Assembly: GCF_000354175.2 (NCBI RefSeq)
Contig: NC_022359.1
Location: forward strand, 510,001 to 542,000
Origin: Vibrio alginolyticus NBRC 15630 = ATCC 17749
Lineage (GTDB): Bacteria > Pseudomonadota > Gammaproteobacteria > Enterobacterales > Vibrionaceae
Reading direction: 5' to 3'
Length of the DNA stretch: 32,000 bases
Shown here: one piece after another, positions 31,271 through 32,000 of the stretch
How positions within the stretch are numbered: the first letter of the stretch is position 1
How the letters are laid out: every line of letters begins with the position of its first letter
Position numbers and translations under genes: made by a program
The notes under the pieces: generated by a model
Databases searched by the model: none
Told to the model about the DNA's origin: nothing
The model's input: the letters and a program-made list of their open reading frames with translations, nothing else

Positions 31271-31373
31271 AAGAGGACTGATATCAGAGTCCCCTGTAAC
31301 CAGGGGGAGATGATCACACACTAAAAACTAGATTTTTAACACAATTGCTAGGCGCAATTTAGATGGAGGATTA

Positions 31374-32000
31374 ATGAAGTTACTGTACTGGTTGGATGAA
31401 TGGCTGGCTCTTTCTCGTGAAGAACAGCAAACCAGGCTACCGATGTCCGGGGAGGACTTACTTGATGATGTATTTGTTAAGTATGAGTTTGTCGACCGAA
31501 ATAAACCACTGTTGTTCACCTTTTCCCCTGCTGGTACGAATCTACAAGTACAGGACTTACACTCAGACTTTGCGCCTTGGGGTTATCGCTTAGCCCAGAA
31601 ACAAAAAGTAAATATTATTTCATTTCAGCATCTTGGGAAAAGTAACTGGTTTCGCAGCCGTAATTTGATTTTCTTTCTAGAGCAACTGTCGACTTTACTT
31701 GAGCCCTTTGAATGTCGTTTAGGCTATGGACTTAGCCGCGGTGGTTTTGCTATTGGTGCCTTTTCTAATCTATTAAAGTTGGATCAAGTATTGATGTTTC
31801 ACCCGGTCAGCACAAAAAACAAAGTTTTGGTGCCATGGGATGATAGGCCAAGTACTGAACTTGCCCAACAATTTGATTGGGAAGGAAAGTATCACGACCT
31901 CGACCTTGGCGATGCAAAAGGCTATATCATTTATGATCCAACTAATGAAATCGACCGCCTTCACGCCAAACGCTACCCAGAGCTCACTCACTTAAGAGTC
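31374..32000 (+). CDS. copy 2 of the same unassigned family (3' end beyond the window)
   Basis: The ATG at 31374 is preceded by GGAGGA (31365-31370). My hand translation shows an open frame to the window edge, which is probably why the ORF track omits it. It reads MKLLYWLDEWLALSREEQQ...GYGLSRGGFAIGAF...VLVPWDDRPSTELAQQF...GYIIYDPTNEIDRLHAKRYPELTHL. Confidence 0.75.
   Translation, partial: MKLLYWLDEWLALSREEQQTRLPMSGEDLLDDVFVKYEFVDRNKPLLFTFSPAGTNLQVQDLHSDFAPWGYRLAQKQKVNIISFQHLGKSNWFRSRNLIFFLEQLSTLLEPFECRLGYGLSRGGFAIGAFSNLLKLDQVLMFHPVSTKNKVLVPWDDRPSTELAQQFDWEGKYHDLDLGDAKGYIIYDPTNEIDRLHAKRYPELTHLRV

Noticed and set aside
31273-31306. Two short hairpins between the paralog copies (GGACT...AGTCC and CCCCTG-taac-CAGGGG), considered as a terminator or repeat element.
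   Set aside because: The stems are only 5-6 bp with no T-run, and the sequence is not repeated elsewhere in the window. It may still be a weak attenuator, but that is unsupported.
30962-31991. Antisense ORFs 30962..31168 (68 aa) and 31773..31991 (72 aa), which occur at equivalent positions in both paralog copies and look 'conserved'.
   Set aside because: Their conservation is explained by the conserved sense-strand coding sequence. They have no RBS, and their products are low-complexity and hydrophobic, as is typical of shadow frames.

Overview
The window looks like a Vibrio chromosomal segment. The 16S/23S/5S sequences and the Glu-Lys-Val spacer tRNAs are typical of Vibrio, and the 16S variable regions resemble the Harveyi clade. 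I cannot assign a species by eye. Most of the content is ordinary metabolism and housekeeping. From left to right: (1) a GntP-family permease plus glycerate kinase. (2) A divergent MocR-type regulator and EamA/DMT exporter. (3) A small Cys-containing hypothetical protein and an orphan prepilin-type protein. (4) A minus-strand run of GNAT / HAD / GNAT / SDR / GNAT genes. (5) A torC-torA type TMAO reductase pair. (6) A PAP2 phosphatase. (7) A seven-gene thiamine salvage operon on the minus strand (thiD, thiZ, thiX, thiY, tenA, thiM, thiE) behind a clear TPP riboswitch. (8) An operonic TldD/PmbA-like protease pair. (9) A TrmY-like methyltransferase and a small membrane protein. (10) A complete rrn operon: P1/P2 promoters, boxA, 16S, tRNA-Glu/Lys/Val, 23S, 5S, then tRNA-Ser(UGA) and a terminator. 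(11) At the right edge, two tandem paralogs of a ~250-aa protein family I cannot name. Their motif order resembles an alpha/beta-hydrolase. The first copy is broken by a 1-nt deletion in a short A-run, and the second runs off the window. I saw no CRISPR array, integrase, transposase or recognisable defence genes. The best candidate for something undescribed is the tandem paralog family next to tRNA-Ser, but the evidence for a 'system' is thin because only about 1.5 kb of it is visible.
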